Positions 21,601 to 32,213 of a stretch of 64,000 nt of DNA are shown piece after piece. Within the stretch, counting starts at the first letter, position 1. Every line of letters starts with the position of its first letter. Where the stretch lies: the NCBI GenBank assembly GCA_002811645.1, contig PDIP01000051.1, positions 17,722-81,721 on the forward strand, read 5' to 3'. A program made the translations under genes and the position numbers. The notes beneath the pieces were generated by a model. It was not told where the DNA came from. It worked only from the letters and a program-made list of their open reading frames with translations, and did no database searches. The DNA comes from Corallochytrium limacisporum Hawaii. Its lineage: Eukaryota; Protista; Pluriformea.

Positions 21601-22111
21601 GTAGCTCCAAGAGGGCGTCCTTGCGCAGTTGTGGTAGGCCGAGGTAGGCGAATGGTGACATGACACCGACTTTGGCACCGCGGAACATGCCCGTGAGGGG
21701 AGGGAAGGAGGTGACACCACCCCCATGCGTGTTTACCAGCGTCACTGACTCGCAGCGGTCGTAGTATTGGCAGGCAAATTCAAGCGTGATCATGCCTCCC
21801 ATGGAGATGCCGCAAATGTGGACCTTACGCCACCCCAGGTGATCAATGACTTTGCGGGCATCGTTGGCCATGATGCCGGTGGTGAGACCGGGGGAGATGG
21901 CGGAACTCTTGCCCACACCGCGGTTATCTATGGCGCATATCTCGTACTTTTCCGGGAATTGAGAAAAGTAATCAATCTGTAGGTTCCAGCCCTCATGCTG
22001 CATGGCCAAGCCCTGGATGAACAGGATCTTGGTAGGTCCATGCCCCCAAGTCTTGTAGTGGATGGTGATGGGACCCACCATAGGGTGTCGTCCAACCATG
22101 AGGTACGGCAT
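18620..22111 (-). CDS. Alpha/beta-hydrolase fused to a degenerate wax ester synthase/DGAT-like (condensation-fold) region
   Basis: The N-terminal ~285 aa carry IQGL, DNRGVGKS, nucleophile GISMGG, acid DDSLV and AGH. The remainder carries NPRLRQRL, W..DPNFRIKSH, PLWDVLL and RIHYALSDAEG (compare HHxxxDG), plus a C-terminal segment resembling WS/DGAT C-termini. Confidence 0.8.
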   Translation of the reverse strand: MPYLMVGRHPMVGPITIHYKTWGHGPTKILFIQGLAMQHEGWNLQIDYFSQFPEKYEICAIDNRGVGKSSAISPGLTTGIMANDARKVIDHLGWRKVHICGISMGGMITLEFACQYYDRCESVTLVNTHGGGVTSFPPLTGMFRGAKVGVMSPFAYLGLPQLRKDALLELLVGADHRRNPEKVKFLNSCNVTSLSVEISNPLGFVNQVAAIFMHYVSSGRLKRVKEAGVPILIFAAIDDSLVRPLNSVVLQPDLGARLHVFTDAGHGLPIDEPEAFNHQFQDFVETVEDCKLHNVRVGHPKEFDPLGSQEWVFLSQRQQKFREALERSADPRRAEVLRSAEVKVREAIETENTCKFWSKARTNVYLPELLPELLVCEGNHMVSALFLLEEGEGDHGDVLDDNHGSHGHASSDIDSSVVTDPTGITSLDLRKGRFLAHLERVLRHWVHRNPRLRQRLYESGKRTGNFVGSGTYHWLSDPNFRIKSHMRWMEPDTKKDVNLQRLTVRLLNEPMRGDMPLWDVLLFDANECLPVDRENCSAGNANLGMLVRIHYALSDAEGCNVLLEDLLAHGSLESEVAVSRNEAMEERNTTVALHEARRDDDDAGADDSDGKREPNRDSGICVDGEEQRAHGEYDDEDDEMFHDSEEDIYTEGPSRGTTRSKKKRPVPPLPSRTEVEQAVAASGMNFSLSDLASETAEDPQKVFLRQLRADAESQRNRLARTLNESESMLGTVGGLSWYALTDPWRFTQEMLDASRLALDSTRRLLAASDLTSLQTSSKAASPFTVIPSYQVNEDVIMRSPPAKPVQTKAKKPSVTFAVDKPSTSAAGEASISTGLWSHTHQSSSSSSTSSMEEDVYSVTGNTVATQAVNEVSSMLQKATALEGIATASDAGFDVDLFINAAWLENAPLHVLNDALTALRRKSRRNHGLSDDQALTVQRWAQPDTVKGHLAVILAAIAGALARCDQRTDGHFGQDVPCRLPVSAVQKAADPTAMDTATTVAADDADFGHANGNTAKQNANSPLGYVMLPLTARSPQQRLKEMLKRLNEFGTDMEEVVLRALLFVSRKVPFGSYLTDRLHDRTVADVHPSHAAYHGKKLAGGTVRNFVTFAPNPDYGVGIAVTFHPESESFSLSVQGSQCLVPSASTFTEAMVLELRHMANAVAL

Positions 22112-25100
22112 GGTTTGTTCTTGTCTAGAGGTTACGCTGCTACGGACACTGCTGGTGTGCTAGGTGATCTTTTCTTTCAAAACCAGCGTCCAAAGCCAGG
22201 CCGTCGTCGCTCTCTAAATGATTTCTTTCTATTACCCAAATTATTGTACTATAAACTGACAATGGATATCCAAGGAAATTACCACAAAGAAGAGACCCAG
22301 TCCTTGCTGCTTCTCCCTCACAGCCCACGGACTATGCAGAAACGCCTGTCACATAGTTTCACTTGAGAGACTCTGTTTGCCAAAGTACCATTGCTACGGT
22401 GATCCAATCGGAAAGCACCCAAATGAAAACGATGAATGCACACAGTCAAATAGAAACCCCTGTGCGCGGAAACAAAACAACACAGCACAGCAGTGCACAC
22501 GCACAAAGAGTTTGTGTTTTGTGTTGGGTGTGTGTGTGTGTGTGTCACTGTGAGTGAGTGTGTGTGAGCGTGCGTGCGAGTGGGTTCTGAAGTCTTTCCT
22601 CGCTTCCCCCGTGTTCAGGAGCTGTGGGGCAACCGGCAACAAAGCAAAGCACCATCGCCACGAAATGGCTGGTAGTCTCATCGTTGCTCGGAAAACACAC
22701 GCACAATTTGTACGGAACGCGAGAAATAAAGGACAGACTACGAGAGTTCCAGGCACGGTAGAGCGAGAGCGAGAGCAAGAGAGAGAGAGTGAGAGTGAGA
22801 GCGAGAGAGAAGGAGGGGAGAAGGGCGCAAGGGGAAAAGTGCAAAGGAAAATGAAGAACCGGGGGAGCGAGAGAGGGGCGGGGAGAGGGGAACGAGGAGG
22901 AGGAGGAGGAAGGAGGGCCAAGTACAGTTGTTCCCGGCTGACCGTTGCCAGCTCCACTCCCTCCCCCCCCCCCACCTCCCGGCCGGTGGGCCGGGGGCCG
23001 TTTTTGATAATTTTTCGCAGAGACTTTTTTTTTCTTTATTTTTCAATTTTTTTATTTTGCACCGTTGCCGGCACACAGCCGCAGATTTTGTACCGGGGCA
23101 CCAAGTTTTTTGTGTTGCGTTGTATTTCACTTGCCGGCAGCAACGGGTCTTGGGGCTATCGAATTCTCTTCTCCTTCTTCTTATCGGCTCTTACGTTCAC
23201 TACTGCACCCGTCGCTCTCGCTGGTGTGGGTCTTTGCGTTTGTGAAATCACCACCCTCCCTCTCCGAAGCTGGAGCGGCCTTTGTCCCGGGCAAACAAAA
23301 AGGAAATCTTCCTTTCTTTTTTTCTTTTATTTTTTTGGTGGCACTCGCTGCCCGTCCGTACGCGCACCCTCTCGCCTGCTGCTGCTACTGGCCTTCCCCC
23401 CCCCTCCCCCACTCTTCAACCGAACCGAAAAGCAAAACCAAACCTAAAAGAAAAAGAAAAAGGAAAAGGAAAACAAGAAAAATGTAAATAAATGAGAGAC
23501 AAGGCAAAGGGTGGACAAGACGCGGATGGAGAGCACCCATCGGCCATCGCCCAATCCCAACCTCCTCCCCTCCGCGCAAGTGTGTAAAGATGGCGAAGTT
23601 TGACGGGGTATATTCTGATACTAAGCAAAATCTCTCCCTGGGCTGCCATCCCCGTTCGGGCCCCGGGGGACCAAACCAGCAGGGGATTGGGTCCAAGAAC
23701 CACTACTGGCCGAGCACCGGCGTGTCTCTAGACTAATTATAAGACATGCTATAGTATAGAATATTTGTTATATTATTTCATAATACAATGTGGGTGTTCT
23801 TTAATCTGAATTGTATAAAATAGGAGTCACAACTCGAGAGATAGATCCTTGCGTGCTTATCATTCATGCACCCGCCCCTTGCACCAAAATTTAGAAAAGT
23901 TCAGTACATTCAGTACCAAATAAGTCCCGCCCGCGTGCGTCCTCTGTCTGTCTGTCTCTCTCTCTCTCGCTCTCTCGCCTCTCTCTCTCCCGCCCTCGCC
24001 CTCGTTCTTTCTTTGTGTCCTTTTTGTTTGTGCTGTGCTGGCAGCACTGTAAAAGGATCCAAGCTGCGAGAAGGGGGGTGGGGGGGGGACCGCCACGCGC
24101 GAGGCGTTTCTGTGGGGGAGCCCTTTGGGCAATTGGCCTTCCCCCAGTACCGGCTGCAAAACTCACCGTTCGCCAGGGAGTTAAAAAAAGGAAATGAAGC
24201 GAAAAAAAAAGGGAGGGCGGCGGTGGAGATTGAAACCCCCCCCCCCAAACAAAGAAAAAGAAAACAACTAAAAATAAACCAAAGAAAAAGGATAAAAAAA
24301 GAAAACACAGAAACTTTTTGCCAGTAAAAAAGCGAAGGAAAGGAAACTCTGAGCAAGGCCGCGTACCTGTCTTCCATCGACCAAAGTGAAAAACAAAAAA
24401 AAAATGCGGACTGCCCCACACACCGCCAAAGGAAAAACCATTCGCTTACAAAGCTCAGTAATAAATCAATAGAGAACGAAAAGAGATAGAGTGCAAAGTC
24501 CGTCTTTTCTTTTATCCGCCGCACCAATAATTTGATGAAATGGGGAGAGTAGGCTCGGTTCAACCGCCCCGCCGGGGGGGGGGGGTTCACCTCCGTGCCT
24601 ACTCTGCCGCCCGGGTGTAGTGGGCCATTGACTACCGCTAAAGTCATTTTTTTCCTTGGGCCCGGGCCCCGGGCAGGAATGAGGAGAAGGGGGGGGGGTG
24701 GGTCACTCCCTTTCCCCCTCCCCCCAACCCCGTGGGGTGGCCCCTCGCCGTCCGTTTCCCTGCCCGGGCCGCCGCTGTTTGGGCACCCCGCCTCCTTTTC
24801 GGGGCTGGTTCGCTCCGTCGACTCTCTGTCACTTGCCCGGCACTGCCCCGGCAACTGCCTAAACGGCAGGAATTTAAATAAACAATGGGAGCTTCTCTAT
24901 TTTGAATATACCATGTAGTGGAGAGTGATTAGTTTTTTAATGTCCGCGACAGCGCTTCCCCGGTCTTTTTCGATTTTTCGCGCGCGATTTGCGGGGCCCT
25001 CTGATTCACCGACAGGCGGTCCTCCCCATGCGGAGAGCTAGAGAGGTGTTAGAGGCTTCGAACGGGTATCCGGTTCCACGATCCCTTCGATAACTGCACA

Positions 25101-27078
25101 CTAATATACAACACACCGAGCGAGAGAAAAGACACCATGCGTTTGTACATGTGGCTATCACCAGACCTGCAAGTCGGGAAACCCAACCGACACTCCAGCG
25201 AGACTAGGAACCACTTCGTTTGTGTTCGAAGAAACACTTGCACCATTTTGTGGTCCATGGATTGATCCCCAACCCAGTTCTCTCTCTCTGTGTGTGTGTG
25301 TGTGTACAAAAAACTACAATGTTATTAGCAAGTTGTATACGTGGCATGTTGTTACAAGCATTTGTTTCTCAGTCACTGGGATATATAGAAATCCTCACCA
25401 TCATCATCAACTCGGAAACCATGTGATTTTACAGCGCCGTTTGGCATTCCGGGGATACCCTCCTGTTTGGGTAGTAGGATTGCGATGCATGATCGAACCA
25501 CGGTACTCACATGCATGCTTCATGAGTGAATCTGAGAGTGATGTACGGAGCCAACCACCTGTTCAACGTGTGTGCCCTGGGAACCGTGAGGTCCAACGTT
25601 CCCGTCCAGGTTGTTTTTGAATTCTGCGTATTTTGGACGCTTTCAGGATAACGTCAATTCAGCCAACTGCGTTATGACACACCGTAGATTCTAGCCAGAA
25701 AGGACGGGCCAAAGACAAGCCAGTGAACCGTCATAGATGAAAAGCAGGTGATGACGCTAACTGAGTTTTCCAGATCACGACCTGCGGACAAGGCGCTCGT
25801 CAATCGTTATCACTATCACCATCTCAAATCATATTATCAGCATATTATGCTGACATATGCTGCAGAGGACGTAATCCCATCGTTGGAAACACTCTACAGC
25901 AAAGGCGATCACACGCACATCATCTTTCCGTGTCACAGGACGATAGAGAATTACGGGATGTTATGGTTTCGCACTCAACACAGAAGTGATTAATATGATG
26001 ACCACCATCACGGAGCAGAACGATGAGCGGTGTTTAACCTCCAAGCGCGTAGGGACGCCTGAAAGCGAGTCTCCACCGACCGCATGGTCGGCCATGCAAA
26101 AAGGTATGAACGTCGATTTTTTCCGACGCTTCCGAAATAGTTCTCATTGTCCCCGTGCGTGTGGGGCTGTGGTTGTCCAGCGTCCTCTTCAGAAGGGAGA
26201 TTCTTTGCTGACTTTGTGTCTCCGAACACCTCCCAAAACTGTTACTATTCTTAGGCAGGTAGTTTGTATGGACATCAGGGGGACTGTAGACCATCATCCA
26301 CGCAAGCAACCATATTGGCAAGCGAAAACACACAAGAAAAGTTGGCGCTTGTGGCTGCGAATGAAAACCTCTCCTCTCTGCTTTGTGTTTTGCGCGACCT
26401 GGCCCGAATGGCTGTTGTTGTTTCTTAATCGCAGCTGAGCTCCCGCAAAGAACCGAGGTATGGCCGACGAATTGATCTCTCCTTCCTCCCCGACCTCCCC
26501 CCCCCCAGGGGGAGGGTGGGGACTAAATCGTTTAAATTATGTTTTAGGATTTTCAGTTATTAATCTGCCCTGCCCCGGTGACTTTCAGTGTAATTAGCAT
26601 TGTTAGGGTTATCAGTTGTTACGTCAGCACCAAGCCAAAGCAGTAGCTGGAACGACCCCGGCCCCAACCTCCCACCTCCGTGAAGCACGGGGGGAAGCGG
26701 CGTTTAGCCCCCTTCCCGGGTTTTGAACCGCTTGGACAAGGGAGGGGGGGGGCCCCTTCCCCATTTTTCCTGGAAGTGTTTTGGGTTTGGAAAACCTTTT
26801 GTGCCCGGGGAATGGCAAGGGGGAGAGAGGGAGGGACGAGAGACTCGGGCATAGTTCGCGCGGGTCGGGTATTTTGGTGCTGCTTTACCCGCTGGGTACG
26901 GCGGACGGGTTGTGGGCTCCGTGGCCATCGCAGTGCAATTTCTCACAGGGTCTCAATCCATCCATGTGAGTGTATGACGAGCCACACCATGGGCATTGCA
27001 CGGAAATACGCTGATGGGTGACATAAAACGCCAGGAGACTCGGGAAATAAAAGAGGTAAAGCAACGGATCCAACAACA

Positions 27079-30000
27079 ATGGCAGCCACGGACTTCCTGG
27101 TGAATGATACAGAGGATGCGACCAGTTGGGAACTGGAGCTCGATGAGATTGAACGGAACTTGGACGAGAACGGCTGGGATGTAGCCGAACTTATCCAACG
27201 CAGCAGACGATTATGTAAGGGACGGACGTTCGGCTCCGACGCCGCACTACGGGCGAAAGCGTACCGATGCCTGCTGGGCATCTCTGCCGACGACATTTCG
27301 TCAGCATCGAAAGCGCTGGAGTCAGAGATTGTGGCCATGCGTGATGCTGCGGTAGAAATGGCCGCAACCTCGACTGACACAGATCCGGTGGTAGGCGGCG
27401 ACGAAGTGGACACACTTGACGAAGATTCCACTGCGCCTCTGTCCCAACGAGCGAACGCGGCCGAACTGAAACGCCGCAGAGATGCCGCTCGCACCGTTGC
27501 TGAACAGTGGGGTTTGACGGACAGGCAAACGCGTCAAATGCGTGCCGCTGTCTCCGTTTTTTGCCAACGCCGCGCTTCGGCCGGTTCCGTGAAGTGGTCA
27601 AAAAGTTTACTCCTTGAGGTGATGGCCTCAACATTTATGACTGCGGGCATGGAGCCGGCCGTGACACTGGCCGCACTGGAGCACACCGTCGGTCCGTGGG
27701 TTCCTGAGCCGCTCTACGCTCCGAGCGATTCCGATCGACACCGAGCCATGGCTAGAATGGTTAATGTCCAGTTTACGTTCCTCCTCCAGTATCTTGATCC
27801 CGCACTGAGCCATATCCTGGCCACTGTGCGCGTCGATTTCCTAGACTTTGCGTGGAGTTGGCTTACGTCACTGTTTGCTGGAGCTATTGTTGTCGGGGGA
27901 AGCAGTGGTGGTGCAGAGGGATCTTCGTCGGAATCCCCGTCCTCAACAGGAGTGGTGCACACCTTGTGGGACCGCTATCTGACGGAGGGCAATCCATTGA
28001 TGATCTTCTTCATGGCGGCTGTGATCCTGGCCAACTCCTCGGAAGAATGTCAGGCCATCTACAACCGTGAGTACACTCATGGACCGGACGGTTCCAGCAC
28101 CAACGAAAAGGCCACAAAGACGCGTCAGGCACTCATAGCAGTTCTATCCAGCGCACCGACGCAGCTGTCCGCGGAAGATGTCGGGGATTTCATTGACTTT
28201 GCGAAGCTCTACGCCCGTGCGGTGCCCCTTGCGTTCTGTCACCAGTGGCGTCGATCCGTGTTCGAATCGGATGCGACGCAGGCCCCTGGAACAGGGACAC
28301 TGCTGCAGATGAAAAGCGTAGCCTGCATGACGCACCCGTCGGAGGTGTGGGGGGCGGTTGGTAAGGGTCAAGGCCTGAACTATGTGGTCCTGCGGCTCAT
28401 GAATACTCGCTCTGGACAACAATTCGCCTCCGATAAAGGAACCGCGGTCATGCCGGAAGGTATCCTGGACACGTCCAAGATTGTAGCCATAGATGTGCAG
28501 AAATGCGTTTTTGACGACCCCAGTGCACTGGACACACTCATCACTGACCGAATGTCCGCCTCGCTCGACCCAGAAACACCCAGTCCGGGCAAACCCCATA
28601 TCTGCATCATGGACAATGACTTTGGTTCTGTGTCTGGCGGTTCTGTCACCTCTGCTATGATGGATAGCGGCAGTGAGGACATGGCCGTGGCCACGGTCGT
28701 GAGCCGCTTGCTCGCACGCAACATTCCGAATGTCAGCGTTGGCGCCGGTGGCTTCCCGGCGCTGCTTGCCGTTAGCCGCGGGCAGCGGCCGACGCTAGTC
28801 AGGCCCGCACAGCCCCAGGCATCTGGCTCATCGATGGGCGCCAAGTCATGGCTGGGCGGCATGAAAGGACTGAACCTCGGCGAAACAACATCAAAGTTTG
28901 CAGACTCTCTGAAGGGCAGCACCGCAGGCGCCATGGCCATGTTTGGGTCCAAGGGAAGCAGGACATCGGAGTCGTCTACGTCGCCCACAACAGGAACAGC
29001 AGCAACCGTTGTACCATCGGGAAAATCAGGTGATGACACAAAGTCCCAAGACCAGAGGAGGAGCTCCATCGGCTTCGGATCGTTCTTTGGGTCCAAAGCA
29101 GTGGAAGAAAAAGCGGGCACAGGCGCATCCGCCGCACCAGCAAAGTCGTCTGGGATTGAACAGCAGACGCAGTCCAATGGCGGAGATCAGGCACAACAAA
29201 CATCGCAGTCTGGCACGGATTCGACTGGCAGCACCGCTCAGTTCTCCATGACATCGTTCAAGGGCTTCGGCATGGCCATGAAGGAAGGCCTGACTAAAGG
29301 CCTTAAGCAAGCACAGCATGAAGTCGCGCAGGTCAATCAGGCTCTCTTCACTCCGCTCGCGCCTGCGGTGCCTTCAGACAAAGGAGCACGGTCCATTTCT
29401 GAGGATGCAGGCGCTGCTACGTTGCCCACAGACCACACTGCGCGTGGCAGAAACTTTGGTGACGACGCAGACTCCGGCCCCAAGTCGGAAGACCCGAATA
29501 GCGGCCACAAGACATCACCCGAACGACAGTCCAAGGCCGCTGCGGGCGCGGACATCTTTGCGATCGGGGACGAGGAAGAGGAAGATGAGGGCCGAGCATC
29601 GCAGCCGGAGCCGCAAGGGCTGCAACGGTCGTCCTCGAACGAAGGATCGAAGCGGGGTTCAACGGCGTCTGCGACCGGTTCTACCACCGCGAGCAACGCC
29701 TTGGATCCAACAGAAATGATTGACGTCGAAGGATTCCTTGCGTCGCTCCCGACCAAAGGCGCCGGTGAGGTCAGGCGTGTCTTTGGCTGTGATCGAGCGA
29801 TGCGTGACGGAGTGACGGGCTCAATATTCCCCCGCCCGTCGCTGTTGGTCCTTACCGAACGGCAACTACGATTCGTGTCCGTTGCGTCACATGAAAGAAA
29901 CCGTTCTGGAATCCCAGATCCGCACGTGATTCGTCTGAACGACGTCAAGCGCATCACGGCGAACAAGAAGAACCGGCATCGGCTGACTTTCTTCATCAGA

Positions 30001-30144
30001 GATGACAGATCGCCAACTCAGCAGAGGAAGGAGATGTTAATTGTGCCCGAAGTGCACGAGGTCATTGCTGCCGTCAAAGAGCAAGTGACCATCTACAACA
30101 CCGAGGGACTGGCGGCATCGGAGTCTTCGCCAGTGAAGCAATGA
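27079..30144 (+). CDS. TBC1D23: TBC1 domain family member 23-like (TBC + rhodanese-like + C-terminal PH-like)
   Basis: LRAKAYRCLLGI, FLLQYLDPALSHIL...WLTSLF, LWDRYL, rhodanese-like HICIM...NVSVGAGGF, and C-terminal VKRITANKKNRHRLTF. Domain order is that of TBC1D23. Confidence 0.8.
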   Translation: MAATDFLVNDTEDATSWELELDEIERNLDENGWDVAELIQRSRRLCKGRTFGSDAALRAKAYRCLLGISADDISSASKALESEIVAMRDAAVEMAATSTDTDPVVGGDEVDTLDEDSTAPLSQRANAAELKRRRDAARTVAEQWGLTDRQTRQMRAAVSVFCQRRASAGSVKWSKSLLLEVMASTFMTAGMEPAVTLAALEHTVGPWVPEPLYAPSDSDRHRAMARMVNVQFTFLLQYLDPALSHILATVRVDFLDFAWSWLTSLFAGAIVVGGSSGGAEGSSSESPSSTGVVHTLWDRYLTEGNPLMIFFMAAVILANSSEECQAIYNREYTHGPDGSSTNEKATKTRQALIAVLSSAPTQLSAEDVGDFIDFAKLYARAVPLAFCHQWRRSVFESDATQAPGTGTLLQMKSVACMTHPSEVWGAVGKGQGLNYVVLRLMNTRSGQQFASDKGTAVMPEGILDTSKIVAIDVQKCVFDDPSALDTLITDRMSASLDPETPSPGKPHICIMDNDFGSVSGGSVTSAMMDSGSEDMAVATVVSRLLARNIPNVSVGAGGFPALLAVSRGQRPTLVRPAQPQASGSSMGAKSWLGGMKGLNLGETTSKFADSLKGSTAGAMAMFGSKGSRTSESSTSPTTGTAATVVPSGKSGDDTKSQDQRRSSIGFGSFFGSKAVEEKAGTGASAAPAKSSGIEQQTQSNGGDQAQQTSQSGTDSTGSTAQFSMTSFKGFGMAMKEGLTKGLKQAQHEVAQVNQALFTPLAPAVPSDKGARSISEDAGAATLPTDHTARGRNFGDDADSGPKSEDPNSGHKTSPERQSKAAAGADIFAIGDEEEEDEGRASQPEPQGLQRSSSNEGSKRGSTASATGSTTASNALDPTEMIDVEGFLASLPTKGAGEVRRVFGCDRAMRDGVTGSIFPRPSLLVLTERQLRFVSVASHERNRSGIPDPHVIRLNDVKRITANKKNRHRLTFFIRDDRSPTQQRKEMLIVPEVHEVIAAVKEQVTIYNTEGLAASESSPVKQ

Positions 30145-30509
30145 GTCATATGAAGCTCTTTGTACCACTTCTTGTATACGTAATTTTGGCGGCAGTCTTT
30201 ATTTGTTTAAGAAATTTGCTTGAAAAAGCAAGATTTTGATTGTACTTTCCATTGTCGAGTACGTATTATAGTTCAAAAAGGAGATTTGTGGTCTATCTCT
30301 CTCTCTCTCTAAAACATGTTCCTTAGCAAAGGGTTAATGTCAATCTTTGTTTTCTTTGTTGAATTTTCCTTTCAACTTGTGCTTCATTAAAGAGGCATCC
30401 GTAGATTTCATTGGCTACGGTACACAACATGGGTGATCTTGCGCGAGGACGGAGTGAAAGCACATCACGCGCTTTTGCTGCAATAGCACGTGTTCTACGT
30501 TGCTCTTCT

Positions 30510-32213
30510 TCACAGACCATTCCCGCTTCGACGCCTTGAATTGCTCGATGGCCGCCCAGGATCCATACCGTCCATTGACCCAGCTTCTGCCACCCCGCTC
30601 TTGCGGCCATGCTTGTTTTTGCGTGCCTTGCGAGACGCGCGTCGGAGGTCATCGTCCGAAGCTCCGGTAATGTCCATTTGGTTAGAACCGCCGCCCGCGT
30701 TTCCACCGTCCAATTTACGTGCGGCGTCGCCAGAGACGTCCAGCATGTGGTGCGCATTGCCCCCCGAAGCCAGCTTCGGATTCGTGCCTGCATCATTCGG
30801 GCCCGCACCGTCCGGACCGGCCGGTGTGCCTGTATTGGCAGGCCAGTTCTGGGCCATCGCACCCTGGTGAGCCCGCATCTGTGCGGCTGCGACAGGGTCG
30901 TACGTGACATTGCGAACGCCACCTCCGCGGTTGGCGTAGCCGTCGCCTCCTGGTGATGGAGTCCCCTGGTTCTGGTTCTTGTTCTTGTCCTCGTCGCTGA
31001 CGTTGTCAACATTCATGTCATTGCGACTGTTGTTCTCGTCATCACCATTGATGACTTCTGGCAACATGGTACGTTCTTCCTTTTGGCCTTCCTTGGTCTC
31101 GTCAATTGGCTCTGCATCCAGATTGTCGGGCATGCTTGCGCTCTCGGATAGACTGGAGGCAGTCTGGTCGACCTCCCAATCATAGGGCGTGTCCGTGTCA
31201 CCGCCTACTTCATGCAGCATGTCTAGCAGGATCTGGTGCAGGTAGTCGTATCGGGGCTCCCGGTAGTAGTCTAGGCTCTCAAGATGAAGGATGAATGTCT
31301 GGAATCCCTTTGGCAGCCCCTTGACCAGATTGGCGTTCGTGTAGCGCATCTTCATCCGTGCGATTTCATCCTTGTCGCTCAGACGGCGCCAAGGGAGCTT
31401 ACCGAGGGCCAGTTCCACGAGCACGTAGAAGAGCGACCAGAGGTCGTCATGCCGGCCCATTTCGCGCAGATTGTGTGCGTTCAGGGACGCATAACGTGAC
31501 GTGCCACGGAATCCAGCCTGGTGACGAGGCTGGCGTGGCTGTCCATTCGGTTGCAGGAACCTACGCGCCAGACCAAAGTCTAGCATGTACACTGACCGAC
31601 GCGTCTCCGGGGTGCGGCCAATCGCAAAGTTGGACGGCTTAACATCTCTGTGGAGGTAGCCAGCCTGGTGGATGGCCTTGAGACAGGCCAACATTTCCAT
31701 ACCGAGCTGGAGAGTGGTAGGCAGCGAGAACCGCTGGTGCGGCTGGGCCTTACGCAGTTCTGCAATGCTGCGTCCCACCAGCTCCATAATTAGGTAGTTG
31801 TACTCTGCGGTGCGACCGCTTCCAATGTAGCGGCAAACGTGCGGTCCCTTTTGCAGTGCCTTCAGCACAGCGACTTCCATACGCAGAAGCTGGTTCTTGG
31901 CATTGCCGGGTTCCACCTTGAGTGCACATTCAGTGCCATCGTTAATATGCGAGCAGAGGTAGACATCACCAAAGGCACCGCCACCGATGCGGGAGACTAC
32001 TTTCCACTTCGACTTCCAAACGGATCCGACAGGCAGTTCCTTGAACTTGGCTGCCTTTTGTGGTGGTTTACGAGCCACTTGGGGGGGTGGGAGGTTCTGT
32101 TGACTGCGGTGATGTCCTGAAGAGGTGGCGCGAGCATTGGAATTGTTTTCGCGCGATCCGAAAAAGTTTGAGGGGGCAAGCTTGCCTCCCGTCTTGCTAA
32201 TGAACTGTTCCAT
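30510..32213 (-). CDS. TTBK: Tau-tubulin kinase (CK1 group); AUG-initiated form, frame open upstream to 34097
   Basis: IGGGAFGDVY, ALKVE, LRMEVAVLKALQ, LHRDVKPSNF, MLDFGLAR, AGFRGTSRYASLNAH, EMGRHDDLWSLFY and PYDWE are characteristic of TTBK. First in-frame ATG is at 32213; the ORF-track start at 33773 is TTG. Confidence 0.92.
   Translation of the reverse strand: MEQFISKTGGKLAPSNFFGSRENNSNARATSSGHHRSQQNLPPPQVARKPPQKAAKFKELPVGSVWKSKWKVVSRIGGGAFGDVYLCSHINDGTECALKVEPGNAKNQLLRMEVAVLKALQKGPHVCRYIGSGRTAEYNYLIMELVGRSIAELRKAQPHQRFSLPTTLQLGMEMLACLKAIHQAGYLHRDVKPSNFAIGRTPETRRSVYMLDFGLARRFLQPNGQPRQPRHQAGFRGTSRYASLNAHNLREMGRHDDLWSLFYVLVELALGKLPWRRLSDKDEIARMKMRYTNANLVKGLPKGFQTFILHLESLDYYREPRYDYLHQILLDMLHEVGGDTDTPYDWEVDQTASSLSESASMPDNLDAEPIDETKEGQKEERTMLPEVINGDDENNSRNDMNVDNVSDEDKNKNQNQGTPSPGGDGYANRGGGVRNVTYDPVAAAQMRAHQGAMAQNWPANTGTPAGPDGAGPNDAGTNPKLASGGNAHHMLDVSGDAARKLDGGNAGGGSNQMDITGASDDDLRRASRKARKNKHGRKSGVAEAGSMDGMDPGRPSSNSRRRSGNGL

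Noticed and set aside
22394-24918. ORFs of 150-314 aa in the spacer
   Set aside because: Translations of (GA)n, (GT)n and A/T/G/C homopolymer runs; not protein-like.
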